Shown here: in pieces, positions 1 through 11,700 of the stretch | How positions within the stretch are numbered: the first letter of the stretch is position 1 | Layout: each line of letters opens with the position of its first letter | Assembly: GCA_000182565.2 (NCBI GenBank) | Contig: KQ257450.1 | Length of the DNA stretch: 64,000 bases | Source of the DNA: Spizellomyces punctatus DAOM BR117 | Taxonomy: Eukaryota | Direction: 5' to 3' (one strand) | Made by a program: the position numbers and the translations under genes | Notes under the pieces: generated by a model | Databases searched by the model: none | The model's input: the letters and a program-made list of their open reading frames with translations, nothing else | Told to the model about the DNA's origin: nothing

Positions 1-441
1 GTTCTCCTTCCTCCCTCCTTCCCTTCCTTCTCGTCCTCCTAGGAGTAAGCGCATGGACAAGTTGCATAGGAACAGCAGCTTCACCCCATGCGATTCCCAT
101 CAAAAAGTGTCCCCAAATGTTGTTTTGCGCCGCGGATTCGGCACTCAATATAAGTCACGTGACACAATTCGTTCAATTCAACTCCTCAGCAGACCCCCTC
201 CTCCTCCTCCTCCTCAACCTTATGAAAAAACCACCTCCGTCCATTGTTCGTTGTTGATTTTCATTTTGGGTTTTCATTTGTCTTGCTGGTGGATGTTTTG
301 GTGAGTATTTCCTCACATACGAACACCTATACGCCAATTGCGTAGTTTTTCTTCCCACCCATTTTGTGGTAGGTTCGTGCTGTCAGTTTGGGTGTCTACA
401 GTCTGGTTCACCATTTATTTTTTTTTCTCCGAATTTTAGCA

Positions 442-3400
442 ATGCGCAATAGCTCTGCCTGCCTCTTGGGCAATGTAGAGTCCGTACTCGCTTGCATCAA
501 TGCAGGAGAATGGGACAGTGCATCCACTCTCGTCGAGAGTCTTACAGACCTTTCCTCTCCCAATGCCTCACTTTCGAGTCTGACGGACCCACCTCTGGCG
601 AAGGCGCACTCTAATATTCCGGCCAAACCCGTGCGGTCAAAGTCGATCACGGCCAAAATTGGAACGTTCATTTTTGGGCCTCAAACTGTTGCACAGACGA
701 TGCCGGCTGATGTGGACGAGAATGGAATTGATGATCAGGCACAGAGGATGCAGGAGATGTTGAGGATGCTGTTGCAGTCGCATCAAGCTTTGCGGGAAGA
801 GCTAGCAGAGAGTAAGTGTCGTGTGTGCATGGCGCTGATTTTTTTTTTTGTGTTGGTGTTACTCTGGTGGCATGAGATGTGAGGCGCCAATCTCTTGATT
901 TTCTCAACTCACACATGGCAAACACGCAGACACTGCCCAAGCGAAAAAGGATTTGCGCCTCGAGCCGAACCCCATGGACTTGTACCGACATACTGCCAGC
1001 CTACCAACTCCGCCTGGTCCATATACCCCGGCTTCCATGGATAATGGCCCAATCGATGGCCCCGCAGCTCCGCTCCTCTCTAACGGAAATAGCGACGAGG
1101 TTGTCAACGAATGCATACGCGTGGTGAATGCTATTGGAAATGGTGACTTTTCCCAACGTGTTTCCCTCTCTGGGGCCTCTCCCCTGCACGCCGCGCTTTC
1201 CGTTAGCATCAACTCTACCGTCGAACGTTTGGACACAGTCATCACACCCATGAACAAAGTGTTGAATGATATTGGTACTGAAGGCAAATTGGGTGCTCAG
1301 GTGGAGGTAGGGGAATCCACAGGCGCCTGGGCCGATCTGGTGACGGGCGTCAACAATGTCACCGGAACCCACAGCGATCGCATCAAGGAGATTGTTGAAG
1401 TATGCAAAGCTGTTGCTGCGGGTGACCTGACCAGGGAGATTCGGGTAGATCTCAAGGGTGATGCGCTCATTTTGAAAGACACGATTAACATGATGGTCAC
1501 CACACTGAGCTCGTTTGCTACTGAGGTAACACATTCTAACCTTTCGTTATGTGTGCTTGAACAAGTGATATTAAAGCATTTGGTATTATGTAGGTCACAA
1601 AGGTGGCGCATCTGGTCGGAACGGAAGGGCAGTTGGGCGTCCAGGCTCAGGTTCACGGTGTCAGTGGAACCTGGGCTGTTCTTACTGACAATGTAAACAG
1701 AATGGCTGCCAATCTAACGGGTGAGTATTTCCTCCATTGTTAAGCGTCGCATGCTCATCTAACGCCTGTACCCTGTTTTAGATCAAGTGCGAGACATTGC
1801 TAATGTGACCAAAGCGATTGCACGAGGTGATTTGAGCAAAAAGGTCCGCGTGGATGGTCGCGGTGAAATTTTGGAGCTCAAGGAGACTGTGAACAGTTTG
1901 GTGGATCAGTTGATAACATTTGCAGCAGAGGTATGCTCGTCCATCATACATACGTGTTCTTGGTAGTGTGTATTTACGGTGAGGTGTAGGTGACTCGAGT
2001 GGCTCGTGAAGTAGGTACCGAAGGGAGGTTGGGAGGGCAGGCTGTCGTCAAGGATGTTGGTGGAACTTGGAAGGAGTTGACTGAATCTGTCAATGCCATG
2101 GCTGGCAATCTTACTGCACAAGGTGGGTTGTAATGTTTACGCAATATGTTACGCCTAGCAGATTGCTGATTTGCAATAGTGCGAGATATTGCATCCGTCA
2201 GCTCTGCCATTGCGAGAGGCGATCTAAGTCGCACGGTCACTGTGGATGTCCGTGGTGAAATGCTGGAACTGAAGGAAACTGTCAATAGTCTTGTTGATCA
2301 ACTGCGAACGTTCGCATCTGAGGTATGTTCTAAATTGCGTTGGTGCATTATTTACAGAAGCATTAATTTTAATGGACAGGTCACACGAGTGGCGCGGGAA
2401 GTAGGCACAGAGGGCGTGCTCGGGGGTCAAGCTGTCGTCAAAGACGTTGCAGGAACATGGAAGGAACTCACCGAGTCTGTAAACGCGATGGCGGCAAATT
2501 TAACAGCGCAAGTCCGGGACATTGCAGATGTGACAAAGGCCATTGCCAAGGGTGATTTGAGTCGCAAAGTACGGGTAGACGGACGCGGAGAAATCTTGGA
2601 ACTCAAAGAGACTGTGAATAGCTTGGTTGAGCAATTAACCACGTTTGCGTCTGAGGTGAGTATCTGATATCATGCAAACGGTACATGGCAGTCATGTTCT
2701 GACGAGTGATTCACTTTCCTTAGGTTACCCGAGTGGCTCGTGAAGTGGGCACGGATGGTAAGCTGGGCGGACAAGCAGTTGTGGAAAACGTTGCTGGGAA
2801 CTTGGAAGGAGCTGACAGAGTCGGTGAATGCTATGGCAAGGTAACATTTGATGGCGAGGATGTTCGTTCAAGGAGGCTCCGATGCTCACACACCTTATCT
2901 TATTCAGTAACCTTACTGCGCAACTTCGGGATATTGCCTCTGTCAGTTCGGCCATTGCTAAAGAGATCTCAGCCGCACGGTTACCGTCAATGTAGAGGGA
3001 GATGCTGGAGCTGAAAGAGACGGTGAACTCTCTGGTCGACCAACTGCGGACCTTTGCGAGCGAAGTGACGCGTGTAGCTCGAGAGGTGGGGACTGAGGGC
3101 AAACTTGGTGGGCAAGCTGTCGTTAAAGATGTCGCGGGAACCTGGAAGGAGTTGACAGAATCTGTCAATGCTATGGCTGCCAACTGTAAGTGGGGGCCAG
3201 TGCAGTTGTATTAAGTTGAAGTGATTCTGACTACTTGTTCCAAACAGTAACTGCGCAAGTGCGAGATATTGCCTCTGTTAGTACCGCCATTGCTGCAGGT
3301 GATTTATCGAAGACTGTGACGGTCGACGTCCAGGGAGAGATGCTGCAGCTCAAAGAGACCGTCAACAGTCTGGTAGATCAGCTAAGAACATTTGCCCGAG

Positions 3401-6400
3401 AAGTCACTCGTGTTGCTAAGGAAGTAGGAACCGAAGGCAAATTGGGCGGGCAGGCAGTTGTCAAAGACGTTGCAGGAACTTGGAAAGATCTAACCGATTC
3501 TGTGAACGCCATGGCTGCGAATCTGACCGCCCAAGTGCGAGATATTGCCTCTGTTAGTACGGCCATTGCTGCAGGTGATCTATCGAAAACGGTGACGGTG
3601 GACGTCCAGGGAGAGATGCTCCAGCTCAAGGAAACCGTGAACAGTTTGGTGGATCAGCTAAGGACTTTTGCACGGGAGGTAACGCGAGTCGCGAGAGAGG
3701 TCGGAACTGAAGGCAAGCTCGGCGGGCAGGCTGTCGTCAAAGACGTTGCTGGCACATGGAAAGACTTGACCGATTCAGTCAACGCCATGGCTGCAAACCT
3801 TACTGCCCAAGTGCGGGACATTGCATCCGTCAGTACTGCCATTGCCTCTGGCGACCTCTCGAAGACGGTTACGGTCGATGTCCAGGGAGAGATGTTACAG
3901 CTCAAAGAGACCGTCAATAGTTTAGTTGATCAATTGAGAACATTTGCACGAGAAGTCACACGAGTCGCTCGTGAAGTCGGCACGGAAGGTAAACTTGGTG
4001 GACAAGCTGTAGTGAAGGATGTTGCCGGGACCTGGAAGGATTTAACGGACTCTGTCAACGCCATGGCTGCCAACCTTACCGCTCAAGTGCGTGACATTGC
4101 TTCCGTCAGTACGGCTATTGCCGCCGGTGATTTGTCGAGGACCGTCACTGTAGACGTTCAAGGAGAAATGTTACAACTTAAAGAGACTGTCAATAGTTTA
4201 GTAGACCAGTTGAGGACATTTGCGCGAGAAGTCACCCGAGTCGCCCGTGAAGTCGGCACGGAAGGTAAACTTGGTGGACAAGCCGTCGTGAAGGATGTTG
4301 CCGGTACATGGAAAGAGTTGACTGAGGCTGTGAATGCTATGGCTGATAATCTTACGGTATGCATCAAGCAACTGCCCATTGCTATGCCACTTACTAATCC
4401 TATTTTTTTCTGGACAGACTCAAGTGCGTGACATTGGGCGCGTCAGTAAATGTATTGCAAGAGGAGACCTTAGTAGTAAGATAGAAGTAGACGTTCGAGG
4501 TGAAATGCTCGAGCTCAAGGAGACGGTCAATTCTTTGGTGGACCAATTGAGATTATTTGCTAGCGAGGTGAGAGGTCTTGTGGCATTATACGTTGGTGTT
4601 CTACTTCATCGTGCAGGGTGCTGATTTGCTTGACGGACATGGTGTAGGTCACACGAGTGGCTCGTGAAGTCGGAACAGAGGGAAAGCTGGGCGGGCAGGC
4701 CGTTGTCAAGGATGTTGCTGGTATCTGGGAAGAGCTGACAAAATCTGTGAATGCCATGGCCGCCAACTTGACGGTAAGAAGGGGATCGCTCGTTATTACG
4801 ATGTAGTACATGTTATTCAACAATGCACCTACCTACGAATCCACAGCGCCAAGTACGTGACATTGCGGGTGTTACCAAGGCCGTCGCGAGGGGAGATCTT
4901 GGCAGGAAGATTGTCGTCGAAGGTGGAGGCGAGATCCTGGAATTGAAGGACACCGTCAACCGAATGGTGGATCAGTTGCGTACATTTGCTGCTGAGGTGA
5001 CGAGAGTAGCCCGCGAGGTCGGAACGGAGGGCAAGTTGGGTGTGCAAGCTCAGGTCGACGATGTAGAGGGCACTTGGAGAACCATTATCGTCAATGTCAA
5101 CACCATGGCTGCCAATTTGACGTGAGTAGACATCCGGACTTTGGGAAGAGAGTGTGAAGATTTGCATGTACAGTGTTCATGATGATTATTGTGCAGATCG
5201 CAAGTCAGAGCCTTTGCAGATATTAGTGCCGCGGCGACGGATGGCGACTTCACGCGTCTCATTGATATCAAAGTCGAAGGTGAAATGGCTAGTTTGAAGA
5301 GCAAGGTAGGTTGCAACTAGAGAAAATTCAAGATATGAAGTGGACACTAATTATGGTGATTGTATGCAGATCAACCAAATGGTCTTGACCTTGCGCGACT
5401 CTATTCAAAAGAACACGGCCGCAAGGGAGGCTGCTGAACTTGCAAACAGAGCAAAATCAGAGGTGAATTCACTTTGACTTACCATACCATCTAATTTGTT
5501 TGCTAATCCTGGCTGCAAACAGTTCCTTGCCAACATGTCTCACGAAATTCGTACGCCAATGAACGGTATCATTGGCATGACGGCCCTGACACTCGAAACA
5601 GAGCTTACCCGCCAACAAAAAGACAATCTTATCATTGTCTCCTCGCTTGCCAACTCTCTCCTCTCCATCATTGACGACATTCTCGATATCAGCAAGATTG
5701 AAGCTGGTCGCATGGTTATGGAGGAGATTCCAATGAGTTTGAGGAGTGTGGTGTTCTCGGTCTTGAAAACGTTGGCGGTCCGGGCGCATCAAAAGAGTTT
5801 GACATTGGTGTTTGATGTCGATAATGGAATTCCGGATCAATTAGTAGGAGACCCTTTGAGGTTGAAGCAAGTTATCACCAATCTTGTTGGTGAGTATTCT
5901 AAGACTTTGCCTTGCCGATTTGCTCGAATCATCTAAATGACCCTCCCTGTTTCGTAGGAAATGCTATTAAATTTACCGCCGAGGGTATTGATCTTTCCAC
6001 TACCCCGAGAACGGGTTTGTTTTTCAAATTATCAGTTCGGACATTTTTCGTCCTGAACGACGGGAACACATAACGTTGCCTGATGATATTTGTTTTCTTT
6101 TCTTTATTTTCGTCTACGTATAGGTGAAGTTGTTCTACATGCTTCGTTTAAAGGAATCGCCGGCGACGTTGTGGAGCTTTTGTTCTGTTGCTCGGATACG
6201 GGCATTGGAATTGAAGAGAATAAGATGGATTTGATTTTTGATACATTCTGCCAGGGTGAGACTTGTTTGGTTCTGTGATATATTTGGGATTTGTGTTGAT
6301 TGATCTTTGGATGTAGCGGATGGATCTACGACAAGAAAGTTTGGAGGCACCGGTATGTCTGTGTGGAGTGTGGATATTTTTCGGATTCGATAATAATGTA

Positions 6401-7914
6401 GTGGTATCGTTTTTTTTATTGTAGGTCTTGGGCTTACGATTTCACGTCGCCTGGTTGCGCTCATGGGAGGCGATCTTTGGGTCAAGTCCATCTTTGGCCA
6501 AGGGTCTCAGTTTTACTTTAACGTCCGATTCAAGCTATCCCAGAAAATTGCGGAAGATGTTGAACAGAAAATGTCAGCCTTCCGCAACTCGAGCATCTTG
6601 CTCTTGGAAGAGGAAGACTATAACTACGAGTTGGAGGAGGCCTTTGTCCAGAATGATGAGTCTGCGGTCAAGCCTCCCAAGCCGTACATTTCCCCTGGCT
6701 CCCCTGACCCAGCGGATTCGATGGAGACCCTCGAAGTCTCCCTCAAGCACCTTGGCCTTGTCACAACCCTCGTCCGCTCTCTCCCTGAAGCCTCTGATTT
6801 CGCCGAACGCACAACATACTCCACCATCATCCTATCCTCCCTCGCCACCCTCGAACGTGTCCGAGACGACACTCGTCTCAGATACATTCCTGTCGTCCTC
6901 TTTGCATCCGCAGCTCGTATGCGCCTTGACATGAAGTGGTGCATTGACACGGGTATTTCCTCATACGCTTCCAGTCCCGCAACACGGGAAGACATAATCA
7001 ACGCCCTCGTTCCTGCGCTGGAGAGTTCGATCCAGAGTGGGACGCATGGCACTGGAGAAGCGGGCGCCGCAAGTGGAAGCGCCGGCACAGGTTACGAGAT
7101 TTTACTGGCTGAGGATAACCTTGTGAACCAAAAATTGGCTCTAAAGATTTTGGAAAGATTTGGACATAAGGTGGTCGTGGTCGAGAATGGAAAACTGGCG
7201 GTTGAGGCGTTCCAACGGAATGCATTTGATTTGATTTTGATGGATGTTCAGGTAATTTTACTATTTAGCTCATTTTCACTTTGACCTGGTTGACTAAAAT
7301 GCCTCTTGCCTATCCCCTAGATGCCAATCATGGGAGGCTTTGAAGCAACCCAGCGCATCCGCGAAATTGAAAAGAAAATGGGCCATGACACCCCTCTGAA
7401 AAGGATACCCATCGTTGGTATGTATTTTGTCCCCGCTGTCCTTCCTGGTTGATAATAAGTGCTGTGTCATGGGAGCTAAACTCATCTTTTACTTTCTATA
7501 GCCGTTACCGCCCACGCCATGATTGGCGACCGGGAAAAATGTCTCAATGCAGGCATGGACGAATACATTACCAAACCACTGCGCATGAACGAACTCAACG
7601 CCATCATCAACAAGTTCCCCAAGCGTGTCCACCAAGCCCACGTCACGGGCGGTCGGGCAGCTGTCGCCACAGGCGGCGCCGCGAGTGCCGGACTCGGTTT
7701 AGGCGCCGATATGCGGTTGGCAACAGATAGAGCCGTCGGAAGCGTCAAAGGCCTCGGTGTCGGTGCTGAAGCCGTCTTGTCGCATATGCAGCAACAACAG
7801 CAACAACAGCAACAGCGTCAGCAGCAGCAGCAACAGCAACAAATAGAAGATCGCGACCGTGAGTGGGAAATGGCTAGAGAAAGACAAATCGAAAGAGAGC
7901 GGGAACTCCAGTGA
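442..7914 (+). CDS. NIK1: Group III hybrid histidine kinase (Nik1/Os-1 family): poly-HAMP (12 x ~92-aa units), HisKA, HATPase_c, degenerate REC, REC; about 21 introns; three apparent indels at 2796-3001
   Basis: ATG at 442. First intron 812-929 joins in frame. Repeated [18 protein letters not shown]...WKxLTxSVNAMAxNLT units. H-box [12 protein letters not shown] (~5523-5560), N-box GNAIKFT, G1 DTGIGI, G2 GGTGLGL (spliced), receiver [11 protein letters not shown], stop TGA at 7912-7914. Confidence 0.93.
1240..5300 (+). repeat. Coding tandem repeat: 12 poly-HAMP units of ~92 aa (276 nt when intronless)
   Basis: Twelve GT[E/D]GxLG cores at approximately 1275, 1618, 2014, 2404, 2748, 3088, 3427, 3703, 3979, 4255, 4672 and 5021. 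Four units are contiguous in the intronless exon 3248-4356. Confidence 0.9.
7789..7842 (+). repeat. CAG/CAA poly-glutamine tract (Q9-R-Q8) at the kinase C-terminus
   Basis: Direct reading of the last exon. Confidence 0.9.
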
Positions 7915-8781
7915 ATCGGGCCCTTTAGCAGAGACAAGGTACACACGGTAACTTGAGAAGATAGATTTCTCTTTTTTTGATTATTCTATTAGACTGTGTA
8001 CAAGACAGTCTGCTTTCATACAAAACATTTTTACGAGTGTTTGGGGTTTGGTGCGGGATACACTGGATCTTTTAATATGGGCTCAAACGTATGGGGATCG
8101 AAAGAGGTGCAAAACTAGATGACAAAAAGGAATTGGGCTTGAGACGATACTTTTTTGTACATAGCTTGTTTGATTGTTTCTTTTTTTTTGTTGGCTTTTC
8201 TTGTCTTTTTTTTTGTTTTTCAGTTATTCCTGTCCTGTATTCGTATGTGTTCGTATAATGCAAAATTTTGACCTTGATTCCTTGGGTTTTGGTTAAAACG
8301 AAAGGCTTTGCGTTTTCCTTCCTAATGGCAGTACTTTGCGCTTGGGGAGTATCTTGTGGCATACCCTTGCGTGAGGTACTGATAAAGTCATTCGCAAAAA
8401 ATCTGAATAGCATGCAAGACACAATCAACCGTCAACTTGATGACAGATATAGGACACGAATTTGAATTGGAACAATTCATTCTCATCCACAGTCAAAGAA
8501 TCGACCAATAAGAAAAAAATCGGAGACTAGCAAAGTAAAAGAGAAACATGTTATGTTTTTAAAACATCTACCCACTACGCAAACCTCCATGCATCCCCCC
8601 CTCATTTTTTTTTGTCTCAATCGCAATCAGTCCAATCCATCCATTCATCCGACCAACCACCCCACCAAACTCAAAAAAGTAACAAAGAATCCAAATGACG
8701 CCAAATAGACCTCTTATTTTCATAAACCATTTTTGTAAAGGTGCGCTTCGTTTTCCCCCGAAAACATGGTTGGTTTTTTCC

Positions 8782-11700
8782 TTACTGCCTCCATCCCATT
8801 GTGCCCATAGGAGGCGGAGGGACCCCAGCGTATGCACCCGGTCCCCCCATTTGTTGATTTACCGGTGGGGGTGGCATACCGACCATGCCGTGCTGTAGAG
8901 GTGGACCTTGCTGTGGCGGTGGTTGCATGGCTTGCATTGGTGGCATGGACTGCATGGGCTGGGCTTGTTGGGCGTGCTGACCTCCCGCGGCAGCATTGCC
9001 ACCGGCTACGCGCTCTGCAGCGTCAATGAGCCTCTTAACGACTAGCATCCATTGCCCGGTTGCGTCAAAACGGGTGGTTAGGAGATCGATTTGGATTCGG
9101 TGCGCGGTGGCAAAATCTTGGACGTCCATTGCTAAAATATGTACGACAGGTTTGGCTCAATGATCTTTGGTGCGCGGCACATGAAAAGACTAGACGTACC
9201 TTTCACCAGCTCCATCATCTTGTCCACAACGTCCGCTGGAATCTCCTCCGCATTCAATTGATCGAACATGATATTCAGATTTCGTTCCGCATTGTCATAG
9301 ATTCTTCTTTGCTGAGGCTACAAGGACCGAAAGTTTGAGTCCATATCTCTTCAAAACGATATCACTGCCCGCGCCAAATGACTTACAGCACTAGAGACAC
9401 TACGGAATAGATCCAAATACTTTGTTAATCCGTCGTATAGGGGCTTATGAGCCACTGGAATGTGGGAACGGTCGCCAGGAGCTGTTCTCTGAAATTTTAG
9501 AGCCATTCCTTAATGCATACATATCAGAAACAGAACTTACGATATTTAGATGCCACTGGTGCAGCCGATGGTGGCCTCTGAGGTGTAGGTGTCCGCGCTG
9601 GACCAGGTGACGGCAGTCCACTCTGGGCAACGGGTGCCTGAGCATGTGTAGACGGCGCTCCAGCATAAACTGGCGGTGTCGCCGTTCGCAAGCCTACGCT
9701 GGGGATCGTGGGTTTCCCACCTATAGGAGGAGTAGGAGGTGGGGGAGTGGGTGTCGGAATAGGTCCAGCGCCACCATAGCCAGGTTGTTGTTGTGGTTGT
9801 GGTTGGCCGTAACTATTGTAATCGGCCTGATAGCCTGTTGGGGGCGGAGACAAGATTCTTCCTGGAGCAGTTTGTGCCGTGTATTCATGCTGCCCATTTT
9901 GTGGCAGCGCCGGAGTTCTCCGCCCCAGTCCAGGAGATGCTGACGGTTGTTGTGCATATCCCGTTGTCGGTGGTGGGGGCAATGGAGCAGTTGCTGTTGG
10001 CTGCTGTGCGCCCGGGAACGGATTACTTACAGGGGCGGTATTACTGGCCAGGCGAGACTTTGACAGCACCATTGGCGGATCATTAAAGCCGGTCTTCGGA
10101 GCTGCAATTGAAGAACTTCTGTTAGACAAATGACCTCACAAGGCGTCAACTATTTACCTACTAGTATGTTGCATGGAAACAGGCTGTGGCGCTTGCTGAT
10201 CAAACGCGTTGCTCGCGGGCGGCGGTGGGTACGCGGAAGCCGGAGGAGGATTACTTACGTGACCATAACTAGAAGGTTGATACTGGGTGTTATAGGTCGC
10301 CGGGGTTGGCTGCGAGTAACCATATGCCGGCTGTTGGGGCTGAGCATAATACTGGCCACCCGTCTGCTGTCCATATACAGGGGTATAGGACGGTTGATTC
10401 CAGGCACTATTAGTAATGTGCGTCGGTCCGTTCGCTGGCTGCGATACGTAAGGTTGCTGCGGGCCTTGGTAATGAACTGGAGCAGGTGCGAGGATATCTT
10501 TCACCTCAAAGCCAGGTCCGGGAGGTCGTGTCACCTGTCGTTTCAAGCCGCCACTCCGATACACTCTATCTTTAAGCACCGCAATAGCATCTTCTGTGCC
10601 CGGAGGTGGGCCATGACGCTCTTCTCTTGGCGTCCATCGGAATCCTTCAGGTACGAGTTCAAGCAATGTCCATGCCATATCCAATTTCCCTTGTCCAGCG
10701 ACAGAATCAGCATACTCCGCATAGTGGTCGTACAGGTTTTCCAATTGAAAGAATCCAGACGGGTTACTAAGTTCTGGATCGACGAAACCAATAGCCTTTC
10801 GGAATACGGTAACTTTTTCAATGAGGCTCTGGAGAGCAACAATATGAGACGCGTAAGCAGTAACTTGCTTCTTGTTCTGCGACCCAGCACCCTCCAGCAG
10901 CCTATGCTCTTCCTCAATTTCTCTCCGGCTCCAAATGTTAACAACCTTTTTCAAATCGCCGGCTGCGAGGTAACATAATACTGCTGCAAACTTTTTGTTA
11001 TCCCTAGTTGCTCCGCGGTAGTCGGCTCCGTCAGGACTGGTAGGGCTAGTTGCTTCAAGTCGCCTGCCAAGTGCTGAGAAAAGACTAGACGAGTCCTCCG
11101 CCTTGCCGTATGTACAGATAAGCGCCAGAATATCCTTCCATCCTCCCTCTGCACCGTCCAGGTTCCCGTTCTCCACAATATCCTCAAGATCGCCGGTTAC
11201 AACGCTTTTGAGTACCCGCACGTAGCTCTTCTCCTTGGCTTGCCGTTTAAAGTACTCCTGTTGAGTTCTCAGGAGAAGATCCGGACCCCCCGACACAGCC
11301 AGCATAAGGGCATCGGACAAGCGATTCGCACCGAGGGCAATATCTACCGCAGTTTCAAAGTCACCTAAAACGATCGCTTTCGTAATTAGAGTATCTATAT
11401 CTCCCTGTTCGCCGGTCTTTTTTGATGGGTAGAGAGAGAATGGATCTGAGCGTCGTTTTTGCATCCTCTTCGCTTCTTCAGGGGCAATGGTATCGGATTG
11501 GGGCAGTATTTCTGGGAAGTCCGCCTCCGACGCGCCGAAGAGGTTCGTCAAACCATTGGGGTGCCCACCATCAGCCGCAGCTGCTTGTTTCACCGCACTT
11601 GGCGGCTCGCTCACAGATGTTAGCGGCTCCTCCTCTTCATCTTTGGTATAGGCAGACAATCTGAGCTTCTGCAACAACCCTGCCAGCCTGTCTTCGCCAA

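Noticed and set aside
2790-3005. Programmed ribosomal frameshifting in the kinase
   Set aside because: It would need three separate shifts with no slippery heptamer; sequence error or decay is simpler.
3248-4356. Regular 276-nt periodicity resembling a CRISPR or satellite array
   Set aside because: These are protein-coding repeats diverging at synonymous sites, with no repeat-spacer structure and no cas genes.
1297-5316. Many minus-strand ORFs with repeated [26 protein letters not shown]
   Set aside because: They are antisense shadows of the poly-HAMP coding repeats, not independent genes.
5985-6123. Longer kinase intron with a small hairpin and a TGATGA box (possible snoRNA)
   Set aside because: There is no downstream CTGA D box or terminal stem; support is insufficient.
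10130-10978. 282-aa plus-strand ORF
   Set aside because: It is antisense to the SEC31 Pro-rich exon and has no recognisable domain.
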